64,000 bases of DNA from Planctomycetota bacterium. Its GTDB lineage: Bacteria; Planctomycetota; UBA1135; UBA2386. The stretch is from contig OZ245006.1 of NCBI GenBank assembly GCA_965223545.1, positions 256,001-320,000 on the forward strand, read 5' to 3'. Shown here piece by piece: positions 1 to 9,993 of the stretch. The first letter of the stretch is position 1, and every line of letters begins with the position of its first letter. The notes beneath the pieces were generated by a model. It was not told the origin of the DNA. It saw nothing but the letters and a program-made list of their open reading frames with translations, and did no database searches. A program made the position numbers and the translations under genes.

Positions 1-507
1 GAACACGACGCTGCCGGCGTCGACCGCGCGCACCGCGAACCGCCCGTTCTGCGCCGGCGTCCGCCCCTGGTCGGGGAAGCCGAAGAAGTCGTGCCAGTCG
101 ATCAAGAACTCGTCCAGGAAGCCCCCGGTGGTGTGCAGCAGCGGCAGCTCGACGCCGAGCTCGAGCTCCGCGCCGAGCCCGACGCGCGCCGCGAGGCCGG
201 CGCGCAGGATCTCGCCGTCCATCTCGAAACCGCTGCCGCCGGCGCCGGGGCCCCCGTTGGTGGAGCCCGCCAAGAACAGGCTGCTGTAGGAGAGATCGAG
301 GCGCACCCGCCCCGCCCCGGCCGGGGCCGGCCGGGCGTCGCGCGGCTCGAGGTGGAGCACGGTGAGCTGCGCCGGGTGCTGGTTGCGCACCGGGGCCGGG
401 CCGCGCAGCACCGGCCGGGCGGCGCACCCGACCAGCGCCGCGGCCAAGACCACGCCCATGACCCCGCCGAGGGGCGCCCCGCTCCAGACCGCGATCCGCA
501 TCCGCAT
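1..507 (-). CDS. DUF3187-like outer-membrane/secreted protein (runs off window start)
   Basis: Manual translation from ATG 507: MRMRIAVW...AAALVGC (lipobox-like), PVRNQHP, and LPLLHTTGGFLDEFLIDWHDFFGFP, which resembles DUF3187; not in ORF track because it lacks a stop in the window. Confidence 0.6.
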   Translation of the reverse strand, partial: MRMRIAVWSGAPLGGVMGVVLAAALVGCAARPVLRGPAPVRNQHPAQLTVLHLEPRDARPAPAGAGRVRLDLSYSSLFLAGSTNGGPGAGGSGFEMDGEILRAGLAARVGLGAELELGVELPLLHTTGGFLDEFLIDWHDFFGFPDQGRTPAQNGRFAVRAVDAGSVVF

Positions 508-611
508 GCCACCTCTACGCGCCGCGGGCGCGGATGTAAAACCCACATCCCCCGTCCGGGATCATCGCTACACTCGCCCACCCCGCCGCCCCCACGCTCA
601 ACCGCAACGCC

Positions 612-1784
612 ATGGCTCTCCGTTCCACTCTTTCGCTCCTGCTCACCCTGCTCGGGATCTCCTGCGCCGAAGGCGGCGAAGAGGATCGCCCGTTGAGCGA
701 AGTGCTGATCACCGCCAGCCACCACATGTGGGCGCTGCAGAGTGATCGCGCGTTCTCGACGTTTCCGATTCCGATGGCCGAAATGGCGTCCGACCGCGGC
801 GTCCTCACCCTCGACGACCAGTCGTTGTACACGGTCACTCGCAACGGCCAGGCCAGCGGCACCGACGACTACGCCCTGGCCGAGGACGGCGTGCTCAGCA
901 TCTTGGTGAGCCAGGGAGCGCGTCTGCCCCGCATCCGCTTCTCGGGGGCCTACGGCATCGAAGGCGACACCGGCACCTACTTCTTCACCGATCGCTTCAC
1001 CGCCCAGACCAGCCAGCGCATCGGACTGTTCTGGGGCACCGAAGTCGTCGACCCGACGCCCGATCTCGAGGGCGACTGGCACGTGTTCAGCCAGCACGTG
1101 ATCTTCGCCAGCTCGATCGTGCCCGACCCCAACAACGTCGGGCGCGCCTTCGGCGGCACGCTGGCCGTCGACGACATGGACGACATCACCGGCAGCGGGC
1201 TGGAGTCGACCGGTGCCAACATCACGCTGACGGGCAACGTCGCGAGCTTCGCCGACGGCCGGGTCGACGTCACCCTCGACTACGCCGGACCGCAGACCAG
1301 CGACACGCGCACGTTCCACGGCAGCGTGGGACCCGGCATCATCCTCGGTCTGGACCCCGACGAGACCACCGGCGAGTCGGGGCTGATCGCGATGATGGCC
1401 CACCGCACCACGCCGGCGGATCGGGACGACTTCGCCGGCACCTACCTGCTCGGCCTGCACACGATCTTCGTCAACCCGACCAACCCGGGGACCGACGTCG
1501 CCTTCGGCACGGTGACCTTCAACGACACCGACGGCTTCTCGCTGGATGCCACTGGCGCCGACGGCCAGGACTTCAGCTACAGCGGCACTTACGTGCTCGA
1601 CGACGACGGCACCCTGACGCTGACCGTCCCGGGCACCAGCGAGACCTGGATGGGCGCGGTCGACGAGGAGTACCACACGGTGGTGTTCGTCGACAACTTC
1701 ATCGAGGCACGCGCCGGCGCCAAGCCGCCCGAGCTCAACCTGTTCCTCGCCCTGCGCGAGGCGCCGGTGCCCAGCAACCCCTGA
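612..1784 (+). CDS. Hypothetical lipoprotein, beta-rich with internal repeats
   Basis: N-terminal LLGISC lipobox, typical codon usage, repeated YxLxxDGxL(S/T) motifs. Confidence 0.75.
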   Translation: MALRSTLSLLLTLLGISCAEGGEEDRPLSEVLITASHHMWALQSDRAFSTFPIPMAEMASDRGVLTLDDQSLYTVTRNGQASGTDDYALAEDGVLSILVSQGARLPRIRFSGAYGIEGDTGTYFFTDRFTAQTSQRIGLFWGTEVVDPTPDLEGDWHVFSQHVIFASSIVPDPNNVGRAFGGTLAVDDMDDITGSGLESTGANITLTGNVASFADGRVDVTLDYAGPQTSDTRTFHGSVGPGIILGLDPDETTGESGLIAMMAHRTTPADRDDFAGTYLLGLHTIFVNPTNPGTDVAFGTVTFNDTDGFSLDATGADGQDFSYSGTYVLDDDGTLTLTVPGTSETWMGAVDEEYHTVVFVDNFIEARAGAKPPELNLFLALREAPVPSNP

Positions 1785-1817
1785 GCCTCGGGGTCTTGCG
1801 GTCCCGGCCGCGCTGAG
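1782..1817 (+). repeat. Minimal copy of TGAG-bounded palindromic element
   Basis: TGAGCCTC...TTGCGGTCCCGGCCGCGCTGAG has the same left and right ends as the 18452 and 21625 copies; its first TGA is the stop of 612..1784. Confidence 0.6.
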
Positions 1818-1946
1818 CGGCTGCGGCCGTCTGCTGTCGCGACCGCGCTCGGTCGTCGGGTTCCGGCCCTGGCACGCGCGCGCTGGCAACTCCGCGAGGG
1901 CCGGTCTACCATCGCCGCCCCGCTGTCGATTTCGAACGAGGCCGAC

Positions 1947-2825
1947 TTGCAAGCGCCGGTACTGACCACCGATCTCCCCCTCCCGAGCCTGGGCCGCGGC
2001 AAGGTCCGTGACCTGTACGCGCTCGGCGACGACATCCTGATCGTCACCACCGACCGCGTGTCGGCCTACGACGTCGTCATGGATCAGGGCGTCCCCGGCA
2101 AGGGGATCGTGCTGACCGCGGTGTCGACGTTTTGGTTCGAGCAGCTTGGCGACGTGGTCCCCCACCACCTGATCACCGCCGACGTCGAGGCGATGACCGA
2201 GATCCCGGCGGAGTTCCACGACCAGCTGCGCGGCCGGGTGATGCGCTGCCGGCGCGTGCAGCCCCTTCCGGTGGAATGGGTGGTGCGCGGCTATCTCACC
2301 GGCAGCGGCTGGGCGGACTACCAGCGCAGCGGCCGGGTCTCCGGCGTGCAGCTGGCGGAGGGCCTGCAGCACGCCTCGGCGATCGAGCCGGCGATCCTGA
2401 CGCCGTCGACCAAGGCCGCCGAAGGCGATCACGACGAACCGATCTCGTTCGAGCAGGTGCAAGAGCTGGTCGGGCCGGAAATCGCCGCGCAGGGACGCGA
2501 CGCAGCGCTGGCGCTCTACCAGCGCGGCCGCGACTACGCGCGCCAGCGCGGCATCGTCATCGCCGACACCAAGTTCGAGTTCGGCATGGCCGACGGCACC
2601 CTGATGTTGATCGACGAGTGCCTGACGCCGGACAGCAGCCGCTTCTGGCCGGCGGACGAAGTGCGGCCGGGGGGCAAGCCGACCAGCTACGACAAGCAAG
2701 TGCTGCGCGACTACCTGCAGACGCTCGACTGGAACAAGCAGCCGCCACCGCCACAGCTGCCGGACGAAGTCGTGCGACAGACCGCGCAGACCTACACCGA
2801 CATCCGCCGACGACTGCTCTCATGA
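1947..2825 (+). CDS. purC: Phosphoribosylaminoimidazole-succinocarboxamide (SAICAR) synthase
   Basis: RGKVRDLY, TDRVSAYD, IADTKFEFG, DECLTPDSSRFW, SYDKQ motifs. Confidence 0.97.
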   Translation: MQAPVLTTDLPLPSLGRGKVRDLYALGDDILIVTTDRVSAYDVVMDQGVPGKGIVLTAVSTFWFEQLGDVVPHHLITADVEAMTEIPAEFHDQLRGRVMRCRRVQPLPVEWVVRGYLTGSGWADYQRSGRVSGVQLAEGLQHASAIEPAILTPSTKAAEGDHDEPISFEQVQELVGPEIAAQGRDAALALYQRGRDYARQRGIVIADTKFEFGMADGTLMLIDECLTPDSSRFWPADEVRPGGKPTSYDKQVLRDYLQTLDWNKQPPPPQLPDEVVRQTAQTYTDIRRRLLS

Positions 2826-3328
2826 CCGACCGTCCGATCGCTTTCCTGATGGGTTCCGACTCCGACCTGCCGACGTTGGAGAAGGGCTTCGCCGTGCTCA
2901 CCGAGCTCGAGGTCGGCTTCCACGTGCGCGTGCTGTCCGCGCACCGCACCCCCGAAGAGGCCTGCGGCTTCGCGCGCGAGGCCGAGGCCAACGGGGTCAA
3001 GGTGCTGATCGGTGCCGCCGGCATGGCGGCGCACCTGGCCGGCGCGCTGGCCTCGCACTCGCAGCTGCCGGTGCTCGGCATCCCGATCGACTCGGGCCCG
3101 ATGCACGGCGAGGACGCGCTCTGGTCGACGAGCATGATGCCGCCGGGGATCCCCGTCGGCACGATGGGCATCGGCAAGAGCGGCGCGGTCAACGCCGCGC
3201 TGCTGGCGGCGCGCATCGTCGCTCTGACCGACCCCGGCCTGGCCGAACGACTGCGCGCCTACCGCGAGGCCGACCGGCAGAAGACCCTGGCCAAGGACCG
3301 CGCCGTGCGCGATCGATTCGGCTGCTGA
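2822..3328 (+). CDS. purE: N5-carboxyaminoimidazole ribonucleotide mutase
   Basis: MGSDSD, SAHRTP, AGMAAHLAG, MPPGIPV, NAALLA motifs; ATGA overlap with purC. Confidence 0.96.
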   Translation: MTDRPIAFLMGSDSDLPTLEKGFAVLTELEVGFHVRVLSAHRTPEEACGFAREAEANGVKVLIGAAGMAAHLAGALASHSQLPVLGIPIDSGPMHGEDALWSTSMMPPGIPVGTMGIGKSGAVNAALLAARIVALTDPGLAERLRAYREADRQKTLAKDRAVRDRFGC

Positions 3329-3334
3329 GGTTCG

Positions 3335-4360
3335 ATGAAGCCCGCGATCGAATGGGCCGGCGGCGTCGACGGCCACCTCTGCCTCCTCGACCAGACCCGA
3401 CTGCCACACGACGAGGTCGTGCTCGAGCTCCGCACTCTGCAACCGGTGATCGACGCGATCCGCCGGCTGTCGGTGCGCGGCGCGCCGGCCATCGGCGTGT
3501 CAGCGGGCTACGGCATGCTGATCGGGGTCCGCGAGCGCCAACCGGCCGACGCCAAGGCCTTCGCCGCCGCCGTCGATGAGGTCGGCGCCGCGCTCGACGC
3601 CAGCCGGCCGACCGCGGTCAACCTGGCCTGGGCCACGCGCCGCGTGCGGGAACGGGCAGCGCGCGAGCCGACGCTCGAGGCGTTGCTGGACGAGGCCCGC
3701 GCCATCCATCGCGAGGACGAGGCGTTGTGCGCCGCGATCGGAGCGCACGGCGAGGGCTTGATCGAGGACGGCATGACGGTGCTGACGCACTGCAACGCCG
3801 GCCGGCTGGCGACCGCTGGCATCGGCACCGCCCTCGCCGTGATGTTCGCCGCGCACGAGCGCGGCCGGCGCTTTCAGGTGCTCGCCGACGAGACCCGCCC
3901 CCTGCTGCAGGGCGCGCGACTGACCGCACTCGAGCTGGCCGACGCCGGCATCCCGGTCGATGTCGTCGCCGACGGCGCCGCGGCGGGCTTGATCGCGCGC
4001 GGCGCAGTGTCGCTGATCGTCACCGGCGCCGACCGGATCGCGGCCAACGGCGACGTCGCCAACAAGGTCGGCACCTACGGCCTATCGCTGGCGGCAAAGG
4101 CACACGGGGTGCCGATGTACGTCGCCGCGCCGGCCTCGACCTTCGACCTGTCACTCCCCGACGGCAGCCACATCCCGATCGAGGATCGCGATCCGAGCGA
4201 GGTGCTGGAGCTCGGCGGCGCCCGCATTGCCGCGGCGGGAGTCGGCGCTCGCAACCCGGCCTTCGACGTGACGCCGGCCGCCAATCTCAGCGGCCTGATC
4301 ACCGACCGCGGCCTGATTCGCCCCATCGGCACGGATCGCATCAAGGAAATCATCGGCTGA
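3335..4360 (+). CDS. mtnA: S-methyl-5-thioribose-1-phosphate isomerase
   Basis: LLDQTRLP, VRGAPAIG, RPTAVNL, THCNAG, ETRPLLQGARLT, GADRIAANGDVANKVGT, NPAFDVTP. Confidence 0.96.
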   Translation: MKPAIEWAGGVDGHLCLLDQTRLPHDEVVLELRTLQPVIDAIRRLSVRGAPAIGVSAGYGMLIGVRERQPADAKAFAAAVDEVGAALDASRPTAVNLAWATRRVRERAAREPTLEALLDEARAIHREDEALCAAIGAHGEGLIEDGMTVLTHCNAGRLATAGIGTALAVMFAAHERGRRFQVLADETRPLLQGARLTALELADAGIPVDVVADGAAAGLIARGAVSLIVTGADRIAANGDVANKVGTYGLSLAAKAHGVPMYVAAPASTFDLSLPDGSHIPIEDRDPSEVLELGGARIAAAGVGARNPAFDVTPAANLSGLITDRGLIRPIGTDRIKEIIG

Positions 4361-4376
4361 AGCCGAAGGGGCTCCC

Positions 4377-4835
4377 ATGGGGAGCGCCAAAGCCAGCGGG
4401 TCCAAGCCGTCGAAGTCGAGCCGCGCCAAGCGCACGCCGGTGACGGCGCGCAAGACGTCGGCAAAGAAGGCGGCCAGCAAGAAGGCAGCCCGGAAGAAGC
4501 CGGGCACAAGCAAGGCCCCGAGCAAGAAGCCGGCGGCGAAGAAGACCAAGAAGGCCGCACCGAAGAAGGCGGTCACAAGCAAGACCGTGGCGTCCAAGGG
4601 GCCCAAGCCGCAGGTGTCGAAGAAAGCGACGGCGAAGCGGGCCAACACCAAGCCCGCCACCGGCAAGAAGAAGCCGGTGAAGCGCGCCAAGCCGGTGCCG
4701 GACATCGAGGTCGGCGCCGACGTGCTCGAGTTCATCGAGGCCATCGACGCGTTCAAGCTGGAGCACTCGCGCCCGTTCCCCAGCTGGAGCGAGGTGCTCT
4801 ACATTCTGCACAAGCTCGGCTACCGCAAGGTCTGA
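4377..4835 (+). CDS. Lys/Ala-rich histone H1-like protein with small C-terminal helical domain
   Basis: About 100 aa of KK/AA/P low complexity, then EFIEAIDAFKLEHSRPFPSWSEVLYILHKLGYRK. Confidence 0.75.
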   Translation: MGSAKASGSKPSKSSRAKRTPVTARKTSAKKAASKKAARKKPGTSKAPSKKPAAKKTKKAAPKKAVTSKTVASKGPKPQVSKKATAKRANTKPATGKKKPVKRAKPVPDIEVGADVLEFIEAIDAFKLEHSRPFPSWSEVLYILHKLGYRKV

Positions 4836-4860
4836 GCCCGCGCGTGAGCGCGTCGTGCGC

Positions 4861-5739
4861 CTACAGCACCCCGGCGAAGCACAGGGCCAGCAGCGCCGCC
4901 CCGGCGAGGACGCGGTAGAACGCGAACGGCCGGAACGTGTGGTCCTGTAGGAAGCGCACGAACGGCCCGACGATCAGCAGGGCGGTGATGAACGACGCCA
5001 CCGAGGCGATCACCAGATCGGGCAGGGCGGGGCCCGCGAAGCGCTCGAAGTCCGACCACAGCTTGAGCGCGCAGGCGCCGTAGAGGATCGGCAGCCCGAC
5101 CAAGAACGAGAACTCCGCCGCCGCACCGCGCGACAGGCCGCAGACCAGGCCACCGGCGATCGTCGCTCCCGAGCGGCTGGTGCCCGGGATCAAGGCCAGC
5201 GTCTGCCAAAAGCCGATGATCAGCGCCTGGCGTGGCGTCATCGCCTCCATCGGCAGGGCCGTTTCTACACCGGCGGCAGCCCGCCGGTCGCGCCAGGCCT
5301 CCAGCACGAACAGGCCGACGCCGCCGACGATCAACGCGATGGCGACCACCTCCGGCGAGAACAACCGCGCCTCGATCCACTCGTCGAACAGCTTGCCGAT
5401 GATCGCCGCGGGCAGCGCCGCGATGAACAGCAGCCACAGCAGGTTGGTGCCGCCGCCAACACCTTTCGCCGTCGAGCGCAGCGAGACGAGCGACTGCCAC
5501 AGCCGGCGCCAGTACAACACCAGGATCGCGGTGATCGCACCCGCTTGGATGGCCACCTCGAAGGCGGGATCGGAGCGACCGAAGGCAGCGCTGGTGACGA
5601 TGAGGTGGCCGGTGCTGCTGACCGGCAGAAACTCGGTCAGCCCCTCGACGATGCCCATCACGACGCTGTACAGAACGCCGCCACTGGCGTCGGCCGACCC
5701 GTCCTGCACACCCATCAACACCTCCCTACCGTCGGCCAC
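4861..5739 (-). CDS. uppP: Undecaprenyl-diphosphate phosphatase (BacA)
   Basis: [18 protein letters not shown] and [10 protein letters not shown] motifs; start could be 5718 or 5658. Confidence 0.95.
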   Translation of the reverse strand: MADGREVLMGVQDGSADASGGVLYSVVMGIVEGLTEFLPVSSTGHLIVTSAAFGRSDPAFEVAIQAGAITAILVLYWRRLWQSLVSLRSTAKGVGGGTNLLWLLFIAALPAAIIGKLFDEWIEARLFSPEVVAIALIVGGVGLFVLEAWRDRRAAAGVETALPMEAMTPRQALIIGFWQTLALIPGTSRSGATIAGGLVCGLSRGAAAEFSFLVGLPILYGACALKLWSDFERFAGPALPDLVIASVASFITALLIVGPFVRFLQDHTFRPFAFYRVLAGAALLALCFAGVL

Positions 5740-5751
5740 CGCGCCGCGCCG

Positions 5752-6864
5752 CTACAGCACTTCGCCCGGCGCGCGACACTCCATGCCAAACGCCTCGGCC
5801 ACGCCAGCATGCGTGACCGCGCCGCCGAGGACGTTGGCGGCGGTGCCCAACACCGGGTGCCCGGCCGCGGCGCCTGCGCCCATGCCGGCGAGCCGGCGCA
5901 CCCAGGGGCCGGTGGCGTTGGTCAGTGCGAAGGTCGAAGTCCGCGCCACCGCTCCCGGCATGTTGGCGACGCAGTAGTGCAGCACGCCATCGACGACGTA
6001 GGTCGGGTTGGCGTGGGTCGTCGGCTTGCAGGTCTCGATGCAGCCGCCCTGGTCGACCGAGACGTCGACCACCACCGGGCCGTCGTTCTTCATCAGCGCG
6101 AGGTCCTCGCGCCGCACGAGCACCGGCGCGCGCGCACCACTGACCAGCACGGCACCGATCAGCAAGTCCGCCTCCGGCAACTTCTCGCGTATCGCGAACG
6201 GGCTGGAGTGCAGCAGCATGACGTTGGCGGGCATCACGTCGGACAGGTAGCGCAGCCGCTCTAGGTCGATGTCCATGATCATCACCCGCGCGCCGAGTCC
6301 GGCCGCCATCTTGGCGGCGTTGGTCCCCACCACGCCCCCGCCGATGATCATCACGGTGGCGGGCTCGACGCCGGGCACACCACCGGCGAGGATGCCGCGG
6401 CCGCCGTTGTGGCCCTGCAGATGCGAGGCGCCGACCTGCACCGCCATCCGGCCCGCGACCTCGCTCATCGGCGTCAGCAGCGGCAGCGCATCGCCGTCCT
6501 CGGTCAGCGTCTCGTAGGCGAAACAGTGTGCGCCGCTCTCCAGCATCGCCTCGGTCAGGCTGCGCGAGGCGGCGAAGTGGAAGTACGTGAACAGCAGCTG
6601 TCCGGGGCGGATCAGCGCGTACTCGGCGGGCAACGGCTCCTTGACCTTGACGATCATCTCGGCCGCGCCGTAGATCTCGGCCGCGGAGTCGACGATCTCC
6701 GCCCCGGCGGCGCGAAAGTCGTCATCGGCGATGCCGGCGCCCAGCCCACCGCCACTCTGCACCAGCACGCGGTGACCGGCGGCGACCAGGTCGTGCGCCA
6801 TCGCGGGCACGGCGCCGATGCGGTTCTCTTGCTCTTTGATCTCTGTCGGGATGCCGATGATCAT
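5752..6864 (-). CDS. ald: Alanine dehydrogenase
   Basis: [53 protein letters not shown]. Confidence 0.96.
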   Translation of the reverse strand: MIIGIPTEIKEQENRIGAVPAMAHDLVAAGHRVLVQSGGGLGAGIADDDFRAAGAEIVDSAAEIYGAAEMIVKVKEPLPAEYALIRPGQLLFTYFHFAASRSLTEAMLESGAHCFAYETLTEDGDALPLLTPMSEVAGRMAVQVGASHLQGHNGGRGILAGGVPGVEPATVMIIGGGVVGTNAAKMAAGLGARVMIMDIDLERLRYLSDVMPANVMLLHSSPFAIREKLPEADLLIGAVLVSGARAPVLVRREDLALMKNDGPVVVDVSVDQGGCIETCKPTTHANPTYVVDGVLHYCVANMPGAVARTSTFALTNATGPWVRRLAGMGAGAAAGHPVLGTAANVLGGAVTHAGVAEAFGMECRAPGEVL

Positions 6865-6977
6865 GGTCGACGCAACCCCGCTGCTACGCGGGAGAAAGGG
6901 GCGGGAGGGGCCGGGAGTATAGCGCCGTGCCCCCACCGCGGAGAACGACGGAACGGCGCTGGCGAGAGAGCGCCGGC

Positions 6978-7976
6978 TCAGCCGGCGCCCGCGCGGGGCG
7001 TGCGCGCCAGCGCGGCCAGCTCACTGGCGATGCGCGCGGCCTCGTGCTCGGCTGCAATCGGCGTCAGGTGGAAGCGCGCGCGGACGCTGGCCGCCCCCAC
7101 CTCGACGCGCGGGGCCGGGCGGGCGAGCACATGGGGCTCGTCGCGCAGCCAATCGCGCAACATGTCGCCCAAGACTCGCGGTTCGCCGTGGCGGAACTCG
7201 TGCACGCGTTCGATCGGCGCGCGCTCCGGGGATGGGTCGGGGTCGGGTCCGCGCACGGCGTGCGCGGGGGGCGGCGGCGCGAGCACGACCCGCTCGGGGG
7301 CCTCCTCGACCGGCGTCCGCACCGGGCCGTCCAGGGGAATGCGTTCGGCGGCGGTGCCAGCCGGCGCGGCGTCGGCCAGCGCGGTCTCCCCGGCTTCGCC
7401 GACCAGCGGCACGGCGACCTCGTCCTCGCCGCGCCCACGCCAGACGATCATCGACAGGATCGCGAGTCCGAGCGCCGCGATTCCCGCCAACCACCACGTC
7501 GGGTCGCCGGCGGCATTGGCGGTCGCCGGCGCCGTGCTCGCGTCCTCCGGCGCGTCGCTTGCGGCCGGCGTGGGCTGTTCGGGCACAACGACACTCGGGT
7601 CGCCGGCGCGGACCAGCCGCAGCACCTCGTCCAGCTGCCGCGTGGTGCGCTCCAGCGCGCGCACCACCAGCTCGTCGTCGGCCCGCTGCTGCGCGGCCGC
7701 CGCCTCGAGCGCCGACAGTCGCTGCTCGATGACCACCAGCGCGTCGGGATCGCTGCCGGCACCGGCCCGCAGCGCCGCCACCGCGCGCCCGACTTCACCC
7801 GCCAGCTCGCCGACGCGCTGCCGATCGGCGGCCTGCGCTTCGACCAACGATTGCATCGCTTCTCGCAGCGGTGCCATCGCCGTCGCCACCGGGCCGGCAG
7901 CGACGCCGGAATGGCGCACCTCGCCGCACGACAGCGACAGCAAGAGGCCGGCACCCAAGAGCCAGCGCCAGCTCAC
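6978..7976 (-). CDS. Hypothetical membrane-anchored lipoprotein with coiled coil
   Basis: LSLSC lipobox, coiled-coil region, internal TM segment WWLAGIAALGLAILSMIVW. Confidence 0.6.
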   Translation of the reverse strand: MSWRWLLGAGLLLSLSCGEVRHSGVAAGPVATAMAPLREAMQSLVEAQAADRQRVGELAGEVGRAVAALRAGAGSDPDALVVIEQRLSALEAAAAQQRADDELVVRALERTTRQLDEVLRLVRAGDPSVVVPEQPTPAASDAPEDASTAPATANAAGDPTWWLAGIAALGLAILSMIVWRGRGEDEVAVPLVGEAGETALADAAPAGTAAERIPLDGPVRTPVEEAPERVVLAPPPPAHAVRGPDPDPSPERAPIERVHEFRHGEPRVLGDMLRDWLRDEPHVLARPAPRVEVGAASVRARFHLTPIAAEHEAARIASELAALARTPRAGAG

Positions 7977-8641
7977 GACGCCTCTCCGACGAACGCGCGC
8001 ACGCGCTCGCGCAACCTGCCGGGCGCTTCGGTGCGCAGCCGGCGCGGTGCGCCGACGGTGCGATCGGGCAGCACGCGCAGCTCGCCGTCCTCGAGCCGCA
8101 CCTCGAAGTGGCGGATCACCGCCGGCGCCGCGGTCGGGTTGTCGAGCTTGACCGGAACCACCGCGTCGGCTTCACGCCGCGCCTTGCGCCGAGCCGCACC
8201 CAGCCGCGCCTCACACCACTGGACGTAGCGCCCACTCGGGTCGTCGCCGACCCAGGCGAGCTTGAAGCCGATCGGCCGCAGGACTCCGGCAGCAGCCGCC
8301 GGGCCTTCATCGTCGCGCGTCGCGCGACCGTCGGCGGCGGGCTCGAACGACCAGCGCAGCCGCAGCGGTACGCGCAGCCAAGCGCGCGCGCGCTGCCCCG
8401 GCCCCAGGTCGAGGGGTTGGTCCAGCACCCCGCGCACCGGCCACTCCGGCACCGCCAGCTCGAGCTGCAGCCGTCCGCCCGTGCGCACGCCCCATTCGAC
8501 GCGGTGCACACGCCGCCCGTCGTGCGCGACCATCGCCGCGCCGTTGGCACCGTTCTCGAGCAGCGCCTGCCACCGCCCCAGCGCGGTGTGCACGACGCGC
8601 CCCGGCGAGGGCAGCTGCAGACATCGACGGCACGGGTTCAC
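7973..8641 (-). CDS. Hypothetical protein, weak resemblance to DUF432
   Basis: GTGA overlap with downstream gene; start uncertain (8698 would overlap the tRNA promoter, so 8641 or 8533 preferred). Confidence 0.45.
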   Translation of the reverse strand: MNPCRRCLQLPSPGRVVHTALGRWQALLENGANGAAMVAHDGRRVHRVEWGVRTGGRLQLELAVPEWPVRGVLDQPLDLGPGQRARAWLRVPLRLRWSFEPAADGRATRDDEGPAAAAGVLRPIGFKLAWVGDDPSGRYVQWCEARLGAARRKARREADAVVPVKLDNPTAAPAVIRHFEVRLEDGELRVLPDRTVGAPRRLRTEAPGRLRERVRAFVGEAS

Positions 8642-8692
8642 GGGGAGAAGTGTACCGCCCGCGCGGCGGCTTTTTGCGGCCGCCGTTTTCCC

Positions 8693-8722
8693 TTGCAAAC
8701 CGGCCCTTCCGACCGGTAGAAC
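8693..8722 (+). promoter_or_regulatory. Probable sigma70 promoter of the tRNA
   Basis: TTGCAA, 18-bp spacer, TAGAAC, then a GC-rich discriminator, 12 nt upstream of the tRNA. Confidence 0.5.
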
Positions 8723-8734
8723 GCGCGCACCTGA

Positions 8735-8811
8735 GGGCGATTAGCTCAGTTGGCTAGAGCACCAGCTCGACAAGCTGGGGGTCAAAGGTTCGAGTCCTTT
8801 ATCGCCCACCA
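8735..8811 (+). tRNA. tRNA-Val (GAC)
   Basis: Cloverleaf: acceptor GGGCGAT/ATCGCCC, D-arm GCTC/GAGC, anticodon arm CCAGC-TCGACAA-GCTGG, T-arm AAAGG-TTCGAGT-CCTTT, encoded CCA. Confidence 0.95.
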
Positions 8812-9074
8812 TTCCAACGGCGAATCACGGCACCGTCGCGGAACCGTGAAAAGTAGATGCAGGGCGCGCCAACCAGTCGTTTACACGACGCGCCTTTCTC
8901 TACAGAGGCTGCCGACCTCGCGCGACTTCACGCGGTAGGGTTCAGCAGTGCCGTTCGGCCGCGCAGAGCTGGCCGACCACGTGGGGCAGAGAAGAAGGCC
9001 ACGGCGAACCGCGAGCTAGCAAGAGACCGAACCCGAGGCGCGTCGATCGCGCCGCAGCTCGCTGGAGGCCCGAC

Positions 9075-9263
9075 ATGGGTACCGCCGAGACCGCTGTTCT
9101 TCTCTCGCCCAAGGCAACCGCGCGTCGCCTGGGGTTCTCCGTCGTGACCTTGTGGCGCTGGCGCCGTGATGGCGTGGGCCCGCGCTTCGTGAAGGTCGGC
9201 GCCGTCGTGCGATACTCCATCGAGGAGCTGAACGCCTTCGTACAGGCAGGAGGCGCGAGATGA
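9075..9263 (+). CDS. Excisionase/AlpA-like helix-turn-helix protein
   Basis: LLSPKATARRLGFSVVTLWRWRRDGVGPRFVKVGAVVRY, the MerR-like HTH pattern of integrative-element recombination directionality factors. Confidence 0.8.
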   Translation: MGTAETAVLLSPKATARRLGFSVVTLWRWRRDGVGPRFVKVGAVVRYSIEELNAFVQAGGAR

Positions 9264-9960
9264 GCGCTCCGCCCCCGCTGGTCTTCACCGAGATGGCCGA
9301 CGCCGGTCTCGCGCGTGCTGCAGCAGGAGGTCATCCGGCGCGACGATCGACCGGACCTCGTGACCCTGATCATCGACCGGCGCCACGAGTTCGGCCAGTG
9401 CATGGCACGCACCACCACGAAGAAGCTCGCCAGCCAGCAGGCCCTGCTGGACTGCTCGACCGCGGCGCGAGCGTCGCCCAGGCCGTCGAGTCGCTGGGCA
9501 TCGGACTCTCCACCCTCTACGCCTGGGCTCGCCGCAAAGCAGCGTTCGCGCGGAAGTTCAACGAGGCCCTCGACTGGGCCGCGCCCGCCGCGATGGGGAA
9601 CGCCAACGCCCGGCGCCAGCTCGACAAGGTCGAGGCGAGGATCGAGGAGATCGACGAGGGGATCGAGAACCTCGATCTGGTCCTGGCCAGCGCCGAGCAG
9701 CACCTCGCCCGGGCCCGCGAGCGAGAGCAGGCCGAGGAGCGCGCCGCCGCGCGGGCCGAGGTCGACGAGCTGCGCGAGCGGCGCCAGGAGAACGCCAGGG
9801 ACATCGACCGGCTGCTGCGGGAGATGAACGAGTGCGTCCTGCGCGAGCAGGAGCTGGGCGCCGCGGAGCAGTCTGCCGGGCGCAAGGCCGGCGTGCGGAT
9901 CAAGTCGCTGCACCAGGTCTCCTGCGTTCACCACGGTTTCATGGCTCGCCCCCGGCGCGG
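9260..9960 (+). pseudogene. Frameshifted phage-like remnant (HTH fragment plus coiled coil)
   Basis: Protein-like text alternates between the 9260 and 9315 frames (MARTTTKKLASQQALL / LDRGASVAQAVESLGIGLSTLYAWARRKAAFARKFNEA), followed by a coiled coil; end approximate. Confidence 0.5.
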
Positions 9961-9993
9961 ACGCGCCTGGACACGTCTGCTAGTCTACGGTGC

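Noticed and set aside
102..2699. 865-aa minus-strand ORF and the many other long antisense ORFs (e.g. 29624..32287, 41084..45733, 58247..60715)
   Set aside because: Shadow frames of real genes in high-GC DNA; no recognisable motifs
4833..4848. TGAG-CCCGCGCG-TGAG at the stop of the histone-like gene
   Set aside because: Resembles an eroded TGAG element but is too short to separate from chance
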